A stretch of DNA of 59,525 nucleotides, counting the filler. It is 9 parts of 9 records of this genome, joined end to end, with 100 filler letters (N's around TTAATTAATTAA, not from the genome) between each part and the next. Parts side by side here need not be neighbours in the genome. Positions count along the whole stretch, not along the records: positions 1 to 8,069 come from SRR31156797_128048; positions 8,170 to 14,583 come from SRR31156797_128272; 7 more parts are not named here. One strand, written 5' to 3'. The position numbers and the translations under genes are program-made. Under the pieces are notes generated by a model. It saw only the letters and a program-made list of their open reading frames with translations, had not been told where the DNA came from and searched no databases. Shown here piece after piece: positions 1 to 9,567 of this stretch. Position 1 is the first letter of the stretch; each line of letters opens with the position of its first letter.

Positions 1-203
1 AAGAAATGGGAAATTGTGATAAAGCCGGGCTTGCCCCAAGGAATAACGTAACGAAATGTTACAGTTGATTCTATATAAGTCCAGAAAACCGACACAGTTT
101 GATACACTTGCCCGCAAAGGCTAATATGAATAAGTTATTATGGGAGTGATAGAAAAAAATAATAAGTATTGCTGCCCGGCTATAACAAAATTGTCAAATC
201 GAC

Positions 204-232
204 TTGATAAAAATTGAAGACGGATTTATGTT
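204..232 (+). promoter_or_regulatory. Putative sigma70 promoter of gntR (TTGATA-N17-TATGTT)
   Basis: -35/-10-like hexamers with 17-bp spacing about 85 bp before the likely start. Confidence 0.45.
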
Positions 233-242
233 GAATTCAAAT
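224..242. promoter_or_regulatory. Putative GntR operator containing the perfect palindrome TTGAATTCAA
   Basis: ATTTATGTTGAATTCAAAT matches 1171-1189 at 17/19 positions and overlaps the putative -10. Confidence 0.55.
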
Positions 243-316
243 AGATGCGATATTGCCCGAAGGATTGATTGAATTGATCCGGATAATTATAGTTGGGCGG
301 TGAAAGAGGTAATATT

Positions 317-934
317 TTGGAACCTAAGCAAATATATGATTCGTTACGACAAAAGATAATTTGGCTGGAACTCCAACCCGAAAGCGTTCTTAATCTTAGT
401 GAACTGGCCGAGATGTTTGAAGTCAGCAGGACGCCTATCAAGGAAGTATTGATCCATTTATACGCGGAAGGTTGGGTTCAGAGGCAGGGGTCCCACTTCC
501 TGGTGACCCCTCTATCACTGGATCGGATACGTGAAATCACTGAAATAAGAACGGTTTTAGAGGTTCAAGCCAATTTGTGGGCCATGAAGCGAATAAAGCC
601 CGATGAATTGGAAAACCTTCATAAATGGCGAGAATCAGCGCTTAGCATGGGTGACCAGGCTGATTACAGAATAATTGTTGAACAGGATTTCCTTTTCCAC
701 AGACTTGTTTTTTCGGCCGCAAAAAACAGCCAACTTACCAGCCTGCTTGAAAGGTTGCTTGGGCACTACTTAAGATTCTGGCTCGCCATTCCACGAGAAA
801 TAAACGTGCGTCAGTTCTTCACGGAAGCAGTGGAAATCATTCAAGCAATCGAAGAAAAAAACGAAGAAATGATAAAGGATTGTACGCGGCGTCATATAAA
901 AAATTCAATATTGGAAATTATGGGCACTACGTGA
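317..934 (+). CDS. GntR family transcriptional regulator (wHTH + FCD domain)
   Basis: ELAEMFEVSRTPIKE wHTH motif and FCD-like DFLFHRLVFSAAKN; TTG at 317 follows a GAGGT RBS (ORF track start 293). Confidence 0.9.
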   Translation: MEPKQIYDSLRQKIIWLELQPESVLNLSELAEMFEVSRTPIKEVLIHLYAEGWVQRQGSHFLVTPLSLDRIREITEIRTVLEVQANLWAMKRIKPDELENLHKWRESALSMGDQADYRIIVEQDFLFHRLVFSAAKNSQLTSLLERLLGHYLRFWLAIPREINVRQFFTEAVEIIQAIEEKNEEMIKDCTRRHIKNSILEIMGTT

Positions 935-1170
935 AGAAAGCCCGCCTGCCGGCGCCCCCTTTAGTAAAAGTGCGGCTGGCTCGGTCAGATTATCAAGGCA
1001 TTGTTTTTACATATAATCAGCTACACTCTAGTCTAAATTAGGATCTCGAGTTGAAATGCTTTAATGCTCACTGCTCAACATGACCGCGGAGTCGGCGGTT
1101 AACTTTTCTACCCTCATTTACTCTTTAAAATCAAATTGATTCATGTCGGCAACAACTCGGCGACCTGGAT

Positions 1171-1223
1171 ATTTATATTGGATTCAAATTTTTGTTGACA
1201 TAGATACATCATAAATTTAGATT
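1171..1223 (+). promoter_or_regulatory. Operator copy (TTGGATTCAA) plus sigma70 promoter TTGACA-N17-TAGATT for the cupin operon
   Basis: Consensus -35 at 1195-1200, -10 at 1218-1223, operator-like repeat immediately upstream. Confidence 0.6.
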
Positions 1224-1298
1224 AAATACAATTACGATTATGGATGCATGGACTGCTGTGGCGGGCCGCCGTAAACCAAAAATAATGAGGTGTAAAAA

Positions 1299-1703
1299 AT
1301 GGAAGTAATGAGTTTCAAGGATTGCGAAGATGTAAAAATTGAAAAATTCCCCTTTAAGGGTGAAAAAAGAGACGTCACCGGAACAAGTATACGCTGGCTT
1401 TCAAAATACGGCGATGACGGAACAGGATACCCGGAATACGGCCTTAGATACTTTACCATACAACCCGGTGGAGAAATCCCGATCCATAACCATTTCTATT
1501 ATCAGACCATGTACATATTGTCGGGCAAGTTCGAATGCTATCAATACGATTATGAAACAGAAGAGAAAACGGTAACAGCTGTCACCGGCCCCGGAGATTT
1601 TATTTACGTGCCGAGCATGGAGCCCCACGGAATGAAAAATATCGGAGACGGACCGGCTGAATTTCTCTGTTGTATTGCAAATGTGTACGAGGATAAGGAA
1701 TAA
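1299..1703 (+). CDS. Cupin domain protein
   Basis: Cupin motifs GGEIPIHNH..Q..YILSG and GDFIYVPSMEPHGMKN; GAGG RBS. Confidence 0.85.
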   Translation: MEVMSFKDCEDVKIEKFPFKGEKRDVTGTSIRWLSKYGDDGTGYPEYGLRYFTIQPGGEIPIHNHFYYQTMYILSGKFECYQYDYETEEKTVTAVTGPGDFIYVPSMEPHGMKNIGDGPAEFLCCIANVYEDKE

Positions 1704-2866
1704 TGAGACTGGCTAATCGTTTGGAACAGTTCGAAGGGTACATGGGAACCGCCATGAACGTCATCCTGACCAGGATGAAGCAGGAAGGCAAGGATGTTAT
1801 TAACCTTGGGCTAGGCGATCCGGACGTCAGGCCTCCGGAACATATGCGTAAAATATTGGCCGATGCATGCCTGGATGAAGATAACCATCATTACCCAAGT
1901 TTTTATTCAATAGCCCCCTTAAAGGAAGCCATGGCCGGTTGGTATCATCGTAAATACGGCGTGGATCTGGATTCCGAAAAAGAAGTCCTTCCCTTACTCG
2001 GATCGGCGGATGGGTTATTTCATATTCACACATGTCTTTTGGACCCGGGAGACGTCGCCCTGGTGCCGGACCCATGCTATCCGGCTTATGTGGCCGGCGT
2101 AACAATCGCCGGAGGAACCGTAGAACCTGTTCCCTTGTTAAAAGAAAACGGTTTTCTGCCTGATCTGGATGCCATTCCGGCGGATACGGCGAAAAAGGCT
2201 CGTATGATATGGGTTAATTATCCAAACAATCCAACCGGAGCAAATGCCGATCCGGAGTTTTATGAAGAGCTGATAAAATGGGCCCGGCGCCATGATGTAA
2301 TTATCGTTTCCGACAACCCATATTCGGAAATTTGTTTTGAAGGATATTGCCCGCCGTCGTTTCTTCAGTTTGAAGGCGCCAAGGACATCGGCGTTGAATT
2401 CAATTCAATATCAAAATCATTTAATTCCTGTGGTTGGCGAGTTGGGATGATACTCGGCAATGCGGATATCCTTGAAGGAATGAGTAAAGTCAAATCCCAC
2501 TCCGACAGGGGGATGTTTTTCCCGCTGCAGGCGGCGGCGACCGAGGCATTGAACGGCTCCCATGATTTCATGGAAGATCGCAACTGCATGCTGCGGGATA
2601 GAAGAGATGTAGTTGTAAATGGATTAAAGGCCGCGGGCCTGGATTTGGCCGTTCCAAAGGCGACTTTCTATTGCTGGGCGGAAGTTCCCGATGGATTTAA
2701 GGATTCACGTGATTTCTGTTTTAAAGTCCTGGATGAAATTGCCGTATGGATGATACCGGGGTCGATGTATGGAGAACATGGCGAAGGATACTTCCGCATC
2801 GCCCTGACTCACCCGGTCAGTCGCCTCCGGGAGGCAATGGATAGACTCAAATCCTACCTGTCTTGA
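1703..2866 (+). CDS. PLP-dependent class I/II aminotransferase (LL-DAP aminotransferase/AlaC-like)
   Basis: NLGLGDPD, NYPNNPTG, SDNPY, SISKSFNSCGWRVG (PLP lysine); TAATG overlap with the cupin stop. Confidence 0.9.
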   Translation: MRLANRLEQFEGYMGTAMNVILTRMKQEGKDVINLGLGDPDVRPPEHMRKILADACLDEDNHHYPSFYSIAPLKEAMAGWYHRKYGVDLDSEKEVLPLLGSADGLFHIHTCLLDPGDVALVPDPCYPAYVAGVTIAGGTVEPVPLLKENGFLPDLDAIPADTAKKARMIWVNYPNNPTGANADPEFYEELIKWARRHDVIIVSDNPYSEICFEGYCPPSFLQFEGAKDIGVEFNSISKSFNSCGWRVGMILGNADILEGMSKVKSHSDRGMFFPLQAAATEALNGSHDFMEDRNCMLRDRRDVVVNGLKAAGLDLAVPKATFYCWAEVPDGFKDSRDFCFKVLDEIAVWMIPGSMYGEHGEGYFRIALTHPVSRLREAMDRLKSYLS

Positions 2867-2888
2867 AAAAACAGGCAGGCTTTTTTAT

Positions 2889-2910
2889 TCCCCGCGCATT
2901 GCCGCGGGGA
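2889..2910. terminator. GC-rich hairpin TCCCCGCG-N6-CGCGGGGA after the aminotransferase
   Basis: 8-bp inverted repeat just downstream of the stop codon. Confidence 0.45.
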
Positions 2911-2991
2911 TATTGCTTTGGCATCTGTTTCCATCCATGCCGTTCTGTATTCCCGGAAATCTTTTTTCCATGAGAAATAACTTGATACAGT

Positions 2992-3040
2992 ATGAATTCA
3001 ATGTAATTAAATTGAACGCCATGCAGCATTAATATAGAAT
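2992..3040 (+). promoter_or_regulatory. Operator-like ATGAATTCAA plus promoter TTGAAC-N17-TAGAAT upstream of the MerR gene
   Basis: 9/10 match to TTGAATTCAA; -35 at 3012-3017, -10 at 3035-3040. Confidence 0.45.
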
Positions 3041-3063
3041 TCTTATGTAAAGGAGATAGCCAA

Positions 3064-3447
3064 GTGGATGACGACCGGGACCAGGTAATGAATATTGGCG
3101 AACTAGCCGAAAAAGCCGGTATTTCAACACACACGATTCGTTATTATGAAAAAATCGGCATCCTGCGAAGTATAAAACGGAGCCCAAGCGGATACAGAAA
3201 ATACTCAAAGCAGGATCTTTATTTGCTTACCCTGGCCTTGAGGGGGAAAAGGCTGGGATTAGCCCTGGAAGAGCTAAAAGAATTATCGGATATATTTTGG
3301 CAGGATCCCACCGAAAAAGTTTTGACCAAAAAATCCATAAAAACGTTCAGCGCTCACCTGGATAAAGCTCTGCAAAAACGCAAGGAACTCGATGCTTATA
3401 TTTCGCTGCTTGAAAACGAGATAATGCGATTGGTCGATTTGTTATAA
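3064..3447 (+). CDS. MerR family transcriptional regulator
   Basis: MNIGELAEKAGISTHTIRYYEKIGIL..RSPSGYRKY HTH; AAGGAG RBS. Confidence 0.9.
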   Translation: MDDDRDQVMNIGELAEKAGISTHTIRYYEKIGILRSIKRSPSGYRKYSKQDLYLLTLALRGKRLGLALEELKELSDIFWQDPTEKVLTKKSIKTFSAHLDKALQKRKELDAYISLLENEIMRLVDLL

Positions 3448-3620
3448 ACAGCAGCCGGCCCAAAACCGGAAACAAGATAATTCAAATAGGACTGTTTGAT
3501 GGAATAGAGTTGTATTCTGTCAAGCAAACCTATAAATTATATATCTGTAAGCGGATTTTGAATCTGAATCTGAAATTAAGCTGTTCCTGACACGCCCGCG
3601 TATACAATGGAGAAGTTTAG

Positions 3621-4280
3621 ATGGATAAAACTGTTCTTGATAGAATTAATGAACATGAAAAAAAATTCAGCCTATTGGCCAAAAACCTTGTGGACGGCAT
3701 CTGGGTTGTGGACATTGATACGCTGAAATATGTCTATATAACCCCTGGAACCGAAGTTTCCAGGGGGTATGAGCGAGGCGAACTTATTAACATGTCGCTC
3801 AAGGACGTCATGGTTCCGGCTTCATTTGATACGGCGATGAAGGTTCTCATTGAGGAACTGAAAAACTATGAAAAAGATCCGGAAGCCAGTCGGGTCATAG
3901 AACTGGAGATGTATAAGAAAGACGGGACCACGACCTGGGTTGAAATCACGGCTCGCTTTTATACAGAAAACGACGGAACAATCAGGCTCATAGGCGTTAC
4001 CAAGGATATTAATCGCAGAAAGCTGTTTGAATTGGACCAGAAAGAGGTCATAAGGCAGCTGGAGGAAGCTTTAGAGGAGCAAAAAAGGCTGTTAAAAGAA
4101 AACAAGATATTGCGAGGACTCCTGCCGATATGCGCCGGTTGTAAGAAAATTCGCGATAAAGAGGGGAAGTGGTGGCCCGTTGAAGAATACATCGCTTCAA
4201 GAACCGAGGCTGATTTCACGCATACGATCTGTCCTGAATGCAAGGTGAAGTATTACCCCGATATTGGTAAAAAAATTTAA
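3621..4280 (+). CDS. PAS domain protein with C-terminal Cys/His putative zinc-binding domain
   Basis: PAS/PAC (ELEMYKKDGTTTWVEITA..GVTKDI), coiled coil, LLPICAGCKKIRD..FTHTICPEC. Confidence 0.85.
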   Translation: MDKTVLDRINEHEKKFSLLAKNLVDGIWVVDIDTLKYVYITPGTEVSRGYERGELINMSLKDVMVPASFDTAMKVLIEELKNYEKDPEASRVIELEMYKKDGTTTWVEITARFYTENDGTIRLIGVTKDINRRKLFELDQKEVIRQLEEALEEQKRLLKENKILRGLLPICAGCKKIRDKEGKWWPVEEYIASRTEADFTHTICPECKVKYYPDIGKKI

Positions 4281-4308
4281 ACCTGGATAACCCTTTGGAG
4301 GATGAATC

Positions 4309-4719
4309 ATGGATAAAGATGAAATCAGGGCGCAACCCAAGTTTGAACTGCTTCTCGAAGAAAATGTGGATAAATTCAACCAATTGGTCAAGGCCGGCAA
4401 GGTCCCGGATATGAAAAACGCCAACCTGGCCGGACTCGATCTGAGAAAGGCCCATTTAAGAGGTCTCGACCTGACGGGTTGTTACATGAGGGCAACCAAC
4501 CTGCGGGGCGTGGACATGACCGGTTGCAATCTCTTCGGCGCCAGTATGCAGGGCGCCATGATAAGCGGAGCCCTTTTCCCAAGCAATGTTCCCATGGATG
4601 AGATCAGGTTGTCTGTGGAATACGGCACTCGTATTCGGACTTTGCGCATGGGCGACGATTTAAAGAAAATTATGTCCATTTTGGGCGAGATTCATGAGTT
4701 GTTATTAAATATGAATTAA
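4309..4719 (+). CDS. Pentapeptide repeat protein
   Basis: A(N/D)LxG-type repeats: ANLAG LDLRK AHLRG LDLTG..TNLRG VDMTG CNLFG ASMQG. Confidence 0.85.
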   Translation: MDKDEIRAQPKFELLLEENVDKFNQLVKAGKVPDMKNANLAGLDLRKAHLRGLDLTGCYMRATNLRGVDMTGCNLFGASMQGAMISGALFPSNVPMDEIRLSVEYGTRIRTLRMGDDLKKIMSILGEIHELLLNMN

Positions 4720-4761
4720 CCTTCAATGCCATTTTAGAGCTTTGAAAAAACCGAATTCAAA

Positions 4762-4781
4762 CCCCGCGGCCGGCCGCGGGG
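4762..4781. terminator. Perfect 20-bp palindrome CCCCGCGGCCGGCCGCGGGG between convergent genes
   Basis: Self-complementary sequence located between two stop codons. Confidence 0.5.
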
Positions 4782-4784
4782 GCC

Positions 4785-7577
4785 TTAATTCATCATCGGC
4801 GGTCCGCCGTTTTTATTCATTACCTTTTTGATGGTCCGGGCTATATCGCTCATTAAAATGGGTTTCATTATATAGTCGCGGATACCTATTTCCCTGGCTT
4901 TTTCCATGGATATAGTCTGGCTGAATCCGGTGCACAATATTATCGGCGTCTCGGGCGCTATTTCCAAAATTGCTCTCGAAAGCTCATTGCCGGTCATGTT
5001 GGGCATTGTCTGGTCGGTAATAACAAGGTCGAATCGTTCGGGCTGCGCCCGAAATGCTTCAAGCGCCTCCACACTGCTGGTTCTGCTTACAACTTCGTAC
5101 CCGAGCCTTTTTAGTATTCTTCGCCACATATCGACCAGGGCTTCCTCATCATCTACCAGAAGAATTCTTCCGCTTCCCTTTTCCAATGGCGCTACGGTCT
5201 GGCTGTGGATGGACTCCCTTTCCTCGCATATGGGAAGGTATACGGTAAAGGAAGCCCCCCTGCCATGTTTGCTCTCCAGGATTATCTCGCCGTTATGGCT
5301 TTTCACTATACCGTGAACTATGGCCAGGCCCATTCCCGTCCCTTCATCAAGGGGTTTGGTAGTGAAATACGGATCGAATATTCTGTGTTGAATTTCGTTT
5401 TTTATTCCATGCCCCGTGTCGGATACTTTCAACATCAGGTATTGCCCCGAATTGAGTTCAGCCCCGACGAGAGGATGATTTTTACTGATTTCAACCCGGT
5501 CAAGTTCTATGGTCATTTGCCCGCCGTTGTCTTTCATGGCGTGCGCGGCGTTCGTACACAGGTTCAATAAAAGCTGGTGAATTTGGGTCGGATCGCCCAT
5601 AGTCGTATCGGATTCGGCTTTCAAATCCGTGATTATTTCTATGGTCGACGGGAGCGAGGCCCTTAACATTTTCAATGCTTCTTTCACAATAGCCGTCATC
5701 AGAACCGGTTTAAGCTCCTGTTCGGTCTGGCGACTGAAGGTAAGGATATGGCTGACAAGTTCGGCGGCGCGATCTCCGGCGTTTAAAACCTGTTCCAGGT
5801 AATAATTAATTTCGGAATCTTTCTCCGCATCCTGAAGCGCGAGTTGAGTATAGCCGATTATTGCTCCCAGAATATTGTTGAAATCGTGGGCGATCCCGCC
5901 GGCCAGAGTTCCAATGGCTTCCATTTTCTGGCTTTGTCTTAGTTGCCTTTCCAGGGATTTTTCCTTGGTGACATCCCGTTTCACCGCTACATAATTGGTA
6001 ATGGCGCCCTTATCGTCCATTATGGGCGAAATCGTCATTTCCACGTCATAGTCAAATCCGTTTTTATTTTTATTGGTTATTATTCCATGCCAGACTTTCC
6101 CGGATTTTATTGCGTTCCACATGGCATTATAAAAAGAAGGGCCGTGTTTGCCGCTTTTAAGCTTACTGGATGTACACCCGATGATTTCTTCCCGGCTAAA
6201 CCCTGAAATTTCCTCAAAGCCGGGATTAACATATTGAATGACGCCGTTTTTATCCGTGATGCATATACTCTCGGCTGCGTGCTCAACCGCTGTGAATAAT
6301 AGAATATGCGCCTGTTCCGCTTTCTTTCGCTCGGTGATGTTTTCAAAAATGGCTACAAAATATCCCTTGGCCGGAGAATAAATCGTTTGGGAATACCAAC
6401 TGTCCAGGTCTTCCGAATATTCTTCAAAGCAAAGCGGCTCCCCATGAATGGCCACGCGGCCGTACGTTTCTATCCAGTTGAAAGGAGATACGGTCATATC
6501 GGGCATGACTTTAGACACCTTTTTACCTACCACCTTTTCCCTTTTTAGGCCGGTCATCTCCTCGAACTTGTCATTGACTTCCAGGAAAATGTAATCAACA
6601 GGTTCATCATTTTCATCCAGGACTATTTTATGGTAAGCGACTCCATTTATCATGTTGCTGAATAGTGAATGGTAATTGGCTTCGGTTTCCTTCATTGCCT
6701 TTTCAGCCTGTTGGCGCTCCGCAATTTCCTTTTCCAGTCTGATATTGATCCTGCGCAAATCAGCAGTGCGTTGTGCTACTCGCTGTTCCAGTTCTTTATG
6801 GGCTTTACCGAGTTCTTCCGCAGCTGCATCCCTGTCCCTGATGTTTTTTCTTATGCTGTGAAAGGATAGCAATATTACGGAAAGGCCGAATAAAAATATT
6901 ATAATATGTGAAAACGCATGTCTGATTATTATTCCGTCGCGTTTTGAAAAAAAACGATCTAAAGGCATGGAAACGCTAATACCGCCGCTTATACTTCCTA
7001 TTTTCTTATTATGATTCCGGTGACAATTCAGGCAAGATTCCTGAAAATGAATCGGTTTCATCAGCCTGAGCCTGGGACTTTTTTCAGTTGAAATGATTTC
7101 GGTGACTTCCCTTGTACCGCTGTTTAATAATAATAACGCCTCTTTTTCCCATTCATCCGGGGCGTTTTCCGGAGCCAGATGATTAAGACTTGTTACATGA
7201 CCTTTAATCCCGTACACTTTTTCATGTCTGTTCATGGTTGCCCGAACCATATTGGCCGGATTCAAAAGCGTCAGCTTTCGACCCGAAGGCGTAACTACAT
7301 CGCGCTCTTCCAAATGAGCCATGAGCGGATTGGGTTGAACATCGTCTTTTACCGGAACATACACGCCGCCATGGGAAGCTCCCCACATCCGAAAGGCCAT
7401 GTCCTTGTTATATACCGCCCTGGCCTCCATTAAGGCCATATCATAATAGGCCTGCCTGAGCTGGCCGACGTCCATGATGAACAGAATGCCCACCATCATG
7501 GTCCAGATCAGGACGGTGCAGATAATATAAGGCGCAAGATTACTACGCTTGGGCTGGTGATTTATATCAAACATCAA
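4785..7577 (-). CDS. Hybrid sensor histidine kinase/response regulator with periplasmic DUF3365-like c-heme domain and two PAS domains
   Basis: Two TM helices flanking a domain with CLNCH; PAS x2; GIAHDFNN H-box; DTGHG, FTTK, GTGMGL; C-terminal REC (LLVDDE, DQTMP, KP). Confidence 0.9.
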   Translation of the reverse strand: MMFDINHQPKRSNLAPYIICTVLIWTMMVGILFIMDVGQLRQAYYDMALMEARAVYNKDMAFRMWGASHGGVYVPVKDDVQPNPLMAHLEERDVVTPSGRKLTLLNPANMVRATMNRHEKVYGIKGHVTSLNHLAPENAPDEWEKEALLLLNSGTREVTEIISTEKSPRLRLMKPIHFQESCLNCHRNHNKKIGSISGGISVSMPLDRFFSKRDGIIIRHAFSHIIIFLFGLSVILLSFHSIRKNIRDRDAAAEELGKAHKELEQRVAQRTADLRRINIRLEKEIAERQQAEKAMKETEANYHSLFSNMINGVAYHKIVLDENDEPVDYIFLEVNDKFEEMTGLKREKVVGKKVSKVMPDMTVSPFNWIETYGRVAIHGEPLCFEEYSEDLDSWYSQTIYSPAKGYFVAIFENITERKKAEQAHILLFTAVEHAAESICITDKNGVIQYVNPGFEEISGFSREEIIGCTSSKLKSGKHGPSFYNAMWNAIKSGKVWHGIITNKNKNGFDYDVEMTISPIMDDKGAITNYVAVKRDVTKEKSLERQLRQSQKMEAIGTLAGGIAHDFNNILGAIIGYTQLALQDAEKDSEINYYLEQVLNAGDRAAELVSHILTFSRQTEQELKPVLMTAIVKEALKMLRASLPSTIEIITDLKAESDTTMGDPTQIHQLLLNLCTNAAHAMKDNGGQMTIELDRVEISKNHPLVGAELNSGQYLMLKVSDTGHGIKNEIQHRIFDPYFTTKPLDEGTGMGLAIVHGIVKSHNGEIILESKHGRGASFTVYLPICEERESIHSQTVAPLEKGSGRILLVDDEEALVDMWRRILKRLGYEVVSRTSSVEALEAFRAQPERFDLVITDQTMPNMTGNELSRAILEIAPETPIILCTGFSQTISMEKAREIGIRDYIMKPILMSDIARTIKKVMNKNGGPPMMN

Positions 7578-7633
7578 TACGCCTCGCTCCTGAAGGCTTC
7601 CCCCGGACCAAATGTCCGGGGGCGGGATCAGGC

Positions 7634-8069
7634 TTAAAAATCGTTGAAATCCTCATCCATAGGCAACGCTTTTTCCGCTTGCACTATGCTGATTTTGTTT
7701 CTGCTTCCGCCGGAATACGCGCCGTCGGATGCTATATTCCTTGTGTAGTTAGGTGTAGTAATCCTGGAAGAGGCGCCCGCGCCATTTCTTTCTTTCAGGG
7801 CGGCGCCTACGAGTTTAAGCATCACTTCCACGCTTTCCTTCATGGACTGCGACTGGGCATTAAGTTCTTCCGATGCGCTGGCCGATTCTTCGGCGTTAGC
7901 GGCATTTTGCTGAGTGACCTTGTCCATCTGGGAAACCGCTTCATTCACCTGCTCTATGCCCTTGGCCTGTTCCTGGGATGCCGCCGCTATTTCATTCACC
8001 AGTTCGGCTACTTTATTCGCGCTGGTTGCTACTTCGCCGAAAGCTTCGTCCGTTGTTTTAACCAATTGA
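7634..8069 (-). CDS. Methyl-accepting chemotaxis protein, C-terminal fragment (5' truncated)
   Basis: IAAASQEQAKGIEQVNEAVSQMDKVTQQNAANAEESASASEEL methylation helix; C-terminal DFNDF pentapeptide-like tail. Confidence 0.9.
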
Positions 8070-8169
8070 NNNNNNNNNNNNNNNNNNNNNNNNNNNNNNN
8101 NNNNNNNNNNNNNTTAATTAATTAANNNNNNNNNNNNNNNNNNNNNNNNNNNNNNNNNNNNNNNNNNNN
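8070..8169. other. Artificial contig spacer N44-TTAATTAATTAA-N44
   Basis: Identical 100-bp spacer occurs eight times; composition changes across it. Confidence 0.98.
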
Positions 8170-8193
8170 CCCCGGCCGGTCCCGGTACAGGAT

Positions 8194-9567
8194 CTATTCG
8201 ACGATGATGATCTCGTCGCCGAGTTCGGACTGCAGTTCCTCGATGACGAATTCGGCGCCTTCCTCGGCCGACAGGCGGCCGGTCTCGACACCCTGGATGC
8301 CCTTGTAGACGATGGCGTTGTAGGGGCCGATCTTCTGATGGTTGGGCATGAAGGTGGAATAGGGCAGCATCTTGGTGCCTTCACGCAAGGCCCAGCCGTC
8401 CTGGACGAAATCCGGCATCGCGGCCTGGCCGAAATTGATCGGTGTGTGGCCCGACGATACCGCGTGTTTGGTGTTCGGCACGTGCTGCGACGCCAGCGCC
8501 ACGACCATGGCCGACAGATCCGGGTGCTGGGACTTGCTGCTGACGACGTAGATGATCGGGTGCGACAGGTTGGCCGGGCGGCCGCCCTTCTTGCCGGCCG
8601 GGCTGTGGATCCAGCCCAGTTCGTTGAAGTAGGAGGCCTTGGTCAGGTTCATGATCTTTAACTGATGGGGAACGTTCCAGATGCCGTGGAACTTCATGAA
8701 GCTCTCGCGGCCGCGGAAGGCTTGGTGCACGGAATCCCAGGACCAGGAGGTCATGTTGCCCGGCAAGGCGCCCTTGTCGACGCTGTATTTCAGCCACTTG
8801 TAGAATTCGGTCAGGCCGGACTTCGACATCTTCAACTTGCCGGTTGCCTCGTCCGACGGCTCGATGCCGAAGGAAGCCAAGGCCATCAGGAAGTCGGGAC
8901 CGACGTTCGGGCGATGGATGAAGCCGTATTTTGCGGCGCCTTTCGAAACCACCTCGGCGGCCAGATCGGACAGGTCGTACATGGTGAATTCACCGCTTTC
9001 GACCTTGGCCGGCAGACCTTCGATGAAGTCCTCGGACTTGCCGATCTTGCGCAGCATTTCCTTGTTGTAGAAGAACATGCGCACTTCCGAATCCTGCGGA
9101 ATGCCGTAACGCACGCCCTTGTATTTCACCGAATTCCAAAGGACCGGAATGATGTCGCCGTAAAGGTCCTCGTTGGAATTGATGTGGTTTTCCATGTTCA
9201 TGGTGTAGCCGGCCTCGGTGAAGGCGCCGATCCATTCGTGGGCGGCGACGTAGATGTCCGGCCCCTTGTCGGCGGCAAACGCTTTCATCAGGTCGAGGGC
9301 ATCGGCGTCGAAGCCCTTGGCGTTGTTTTCGTGGACGTCGATTTTCAGGGTCTTGTCGATGCCGGCGGCAGCAAACATGTTGTTCAGCGTCTTGGCGGCA
9401 TTGACGATATTCGCCGTGCGCATCGGGCCGGACCGGTCGGCGCGGCTCCAAAGTTTCAGGGTGACGGTGTCGGCGACGGCCGTACTGATCGCCGGACCAG
9501 TCAACATGGCGGCGACCGTCGCCGCCGCCAATGTCTTCGCCAAGGCATTTCGTTTCAATACTGTCAT
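8194..9567 (-). CDS. Sugar-type ABC transporter substrate-binding protein
   Basis: Signal peptide ending AVA-D; GPDIYVAAHEWIG, YGIPQDSEVRMFFYNKEML; ATG at 9567 follows GGGAG (track start 9684). Confidence 0.85.
   Translation of the reverse strand: MTVLKRNALAKTLAAATVAAMLTGPAISTAVADTVTLKLWSRADRSGPMRTANIVNAAKTLNNMFAAAGIDKTLKIDVHENNAKGFDADALDLMKAFAADKGPDIYVAAHEWIGAFTEAGYTMNMENHINSNEDLYGDIIPVLWNSVKYKGVRYGIPQDSEVRMFFYNKEMLRKIGKSEDFIEGLPAKVESGEFTMYDLSDLAAEVVSKGAAKYGFIHRPNVGPDFLMALASFGIEPSDEATGKLKMSKSGLTEFYKWLKYSVDKGALPGNMTSWSWDSVHQAFRGRESFMKFHGIWNVPHQLKIMNLTKASYFNELGWIHSPAGKKGGRPANLSHPIIYVVSSKSQHPDLSAMVVALASQHVPNTKHAVSSGHTPINFGQAAMPDFVQDGWALREGTKMLPYSTFMPNHQKIGPYNAIVYKGIQGVETGRLSAEEGAEFVIEELQSELGDEIIIVE

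Noticed and set aside
1248-1274. Tiny ORF MDCCGGPP as a leader peptide
   Set aside because: No RBS and no attenuator structure; expected by chance
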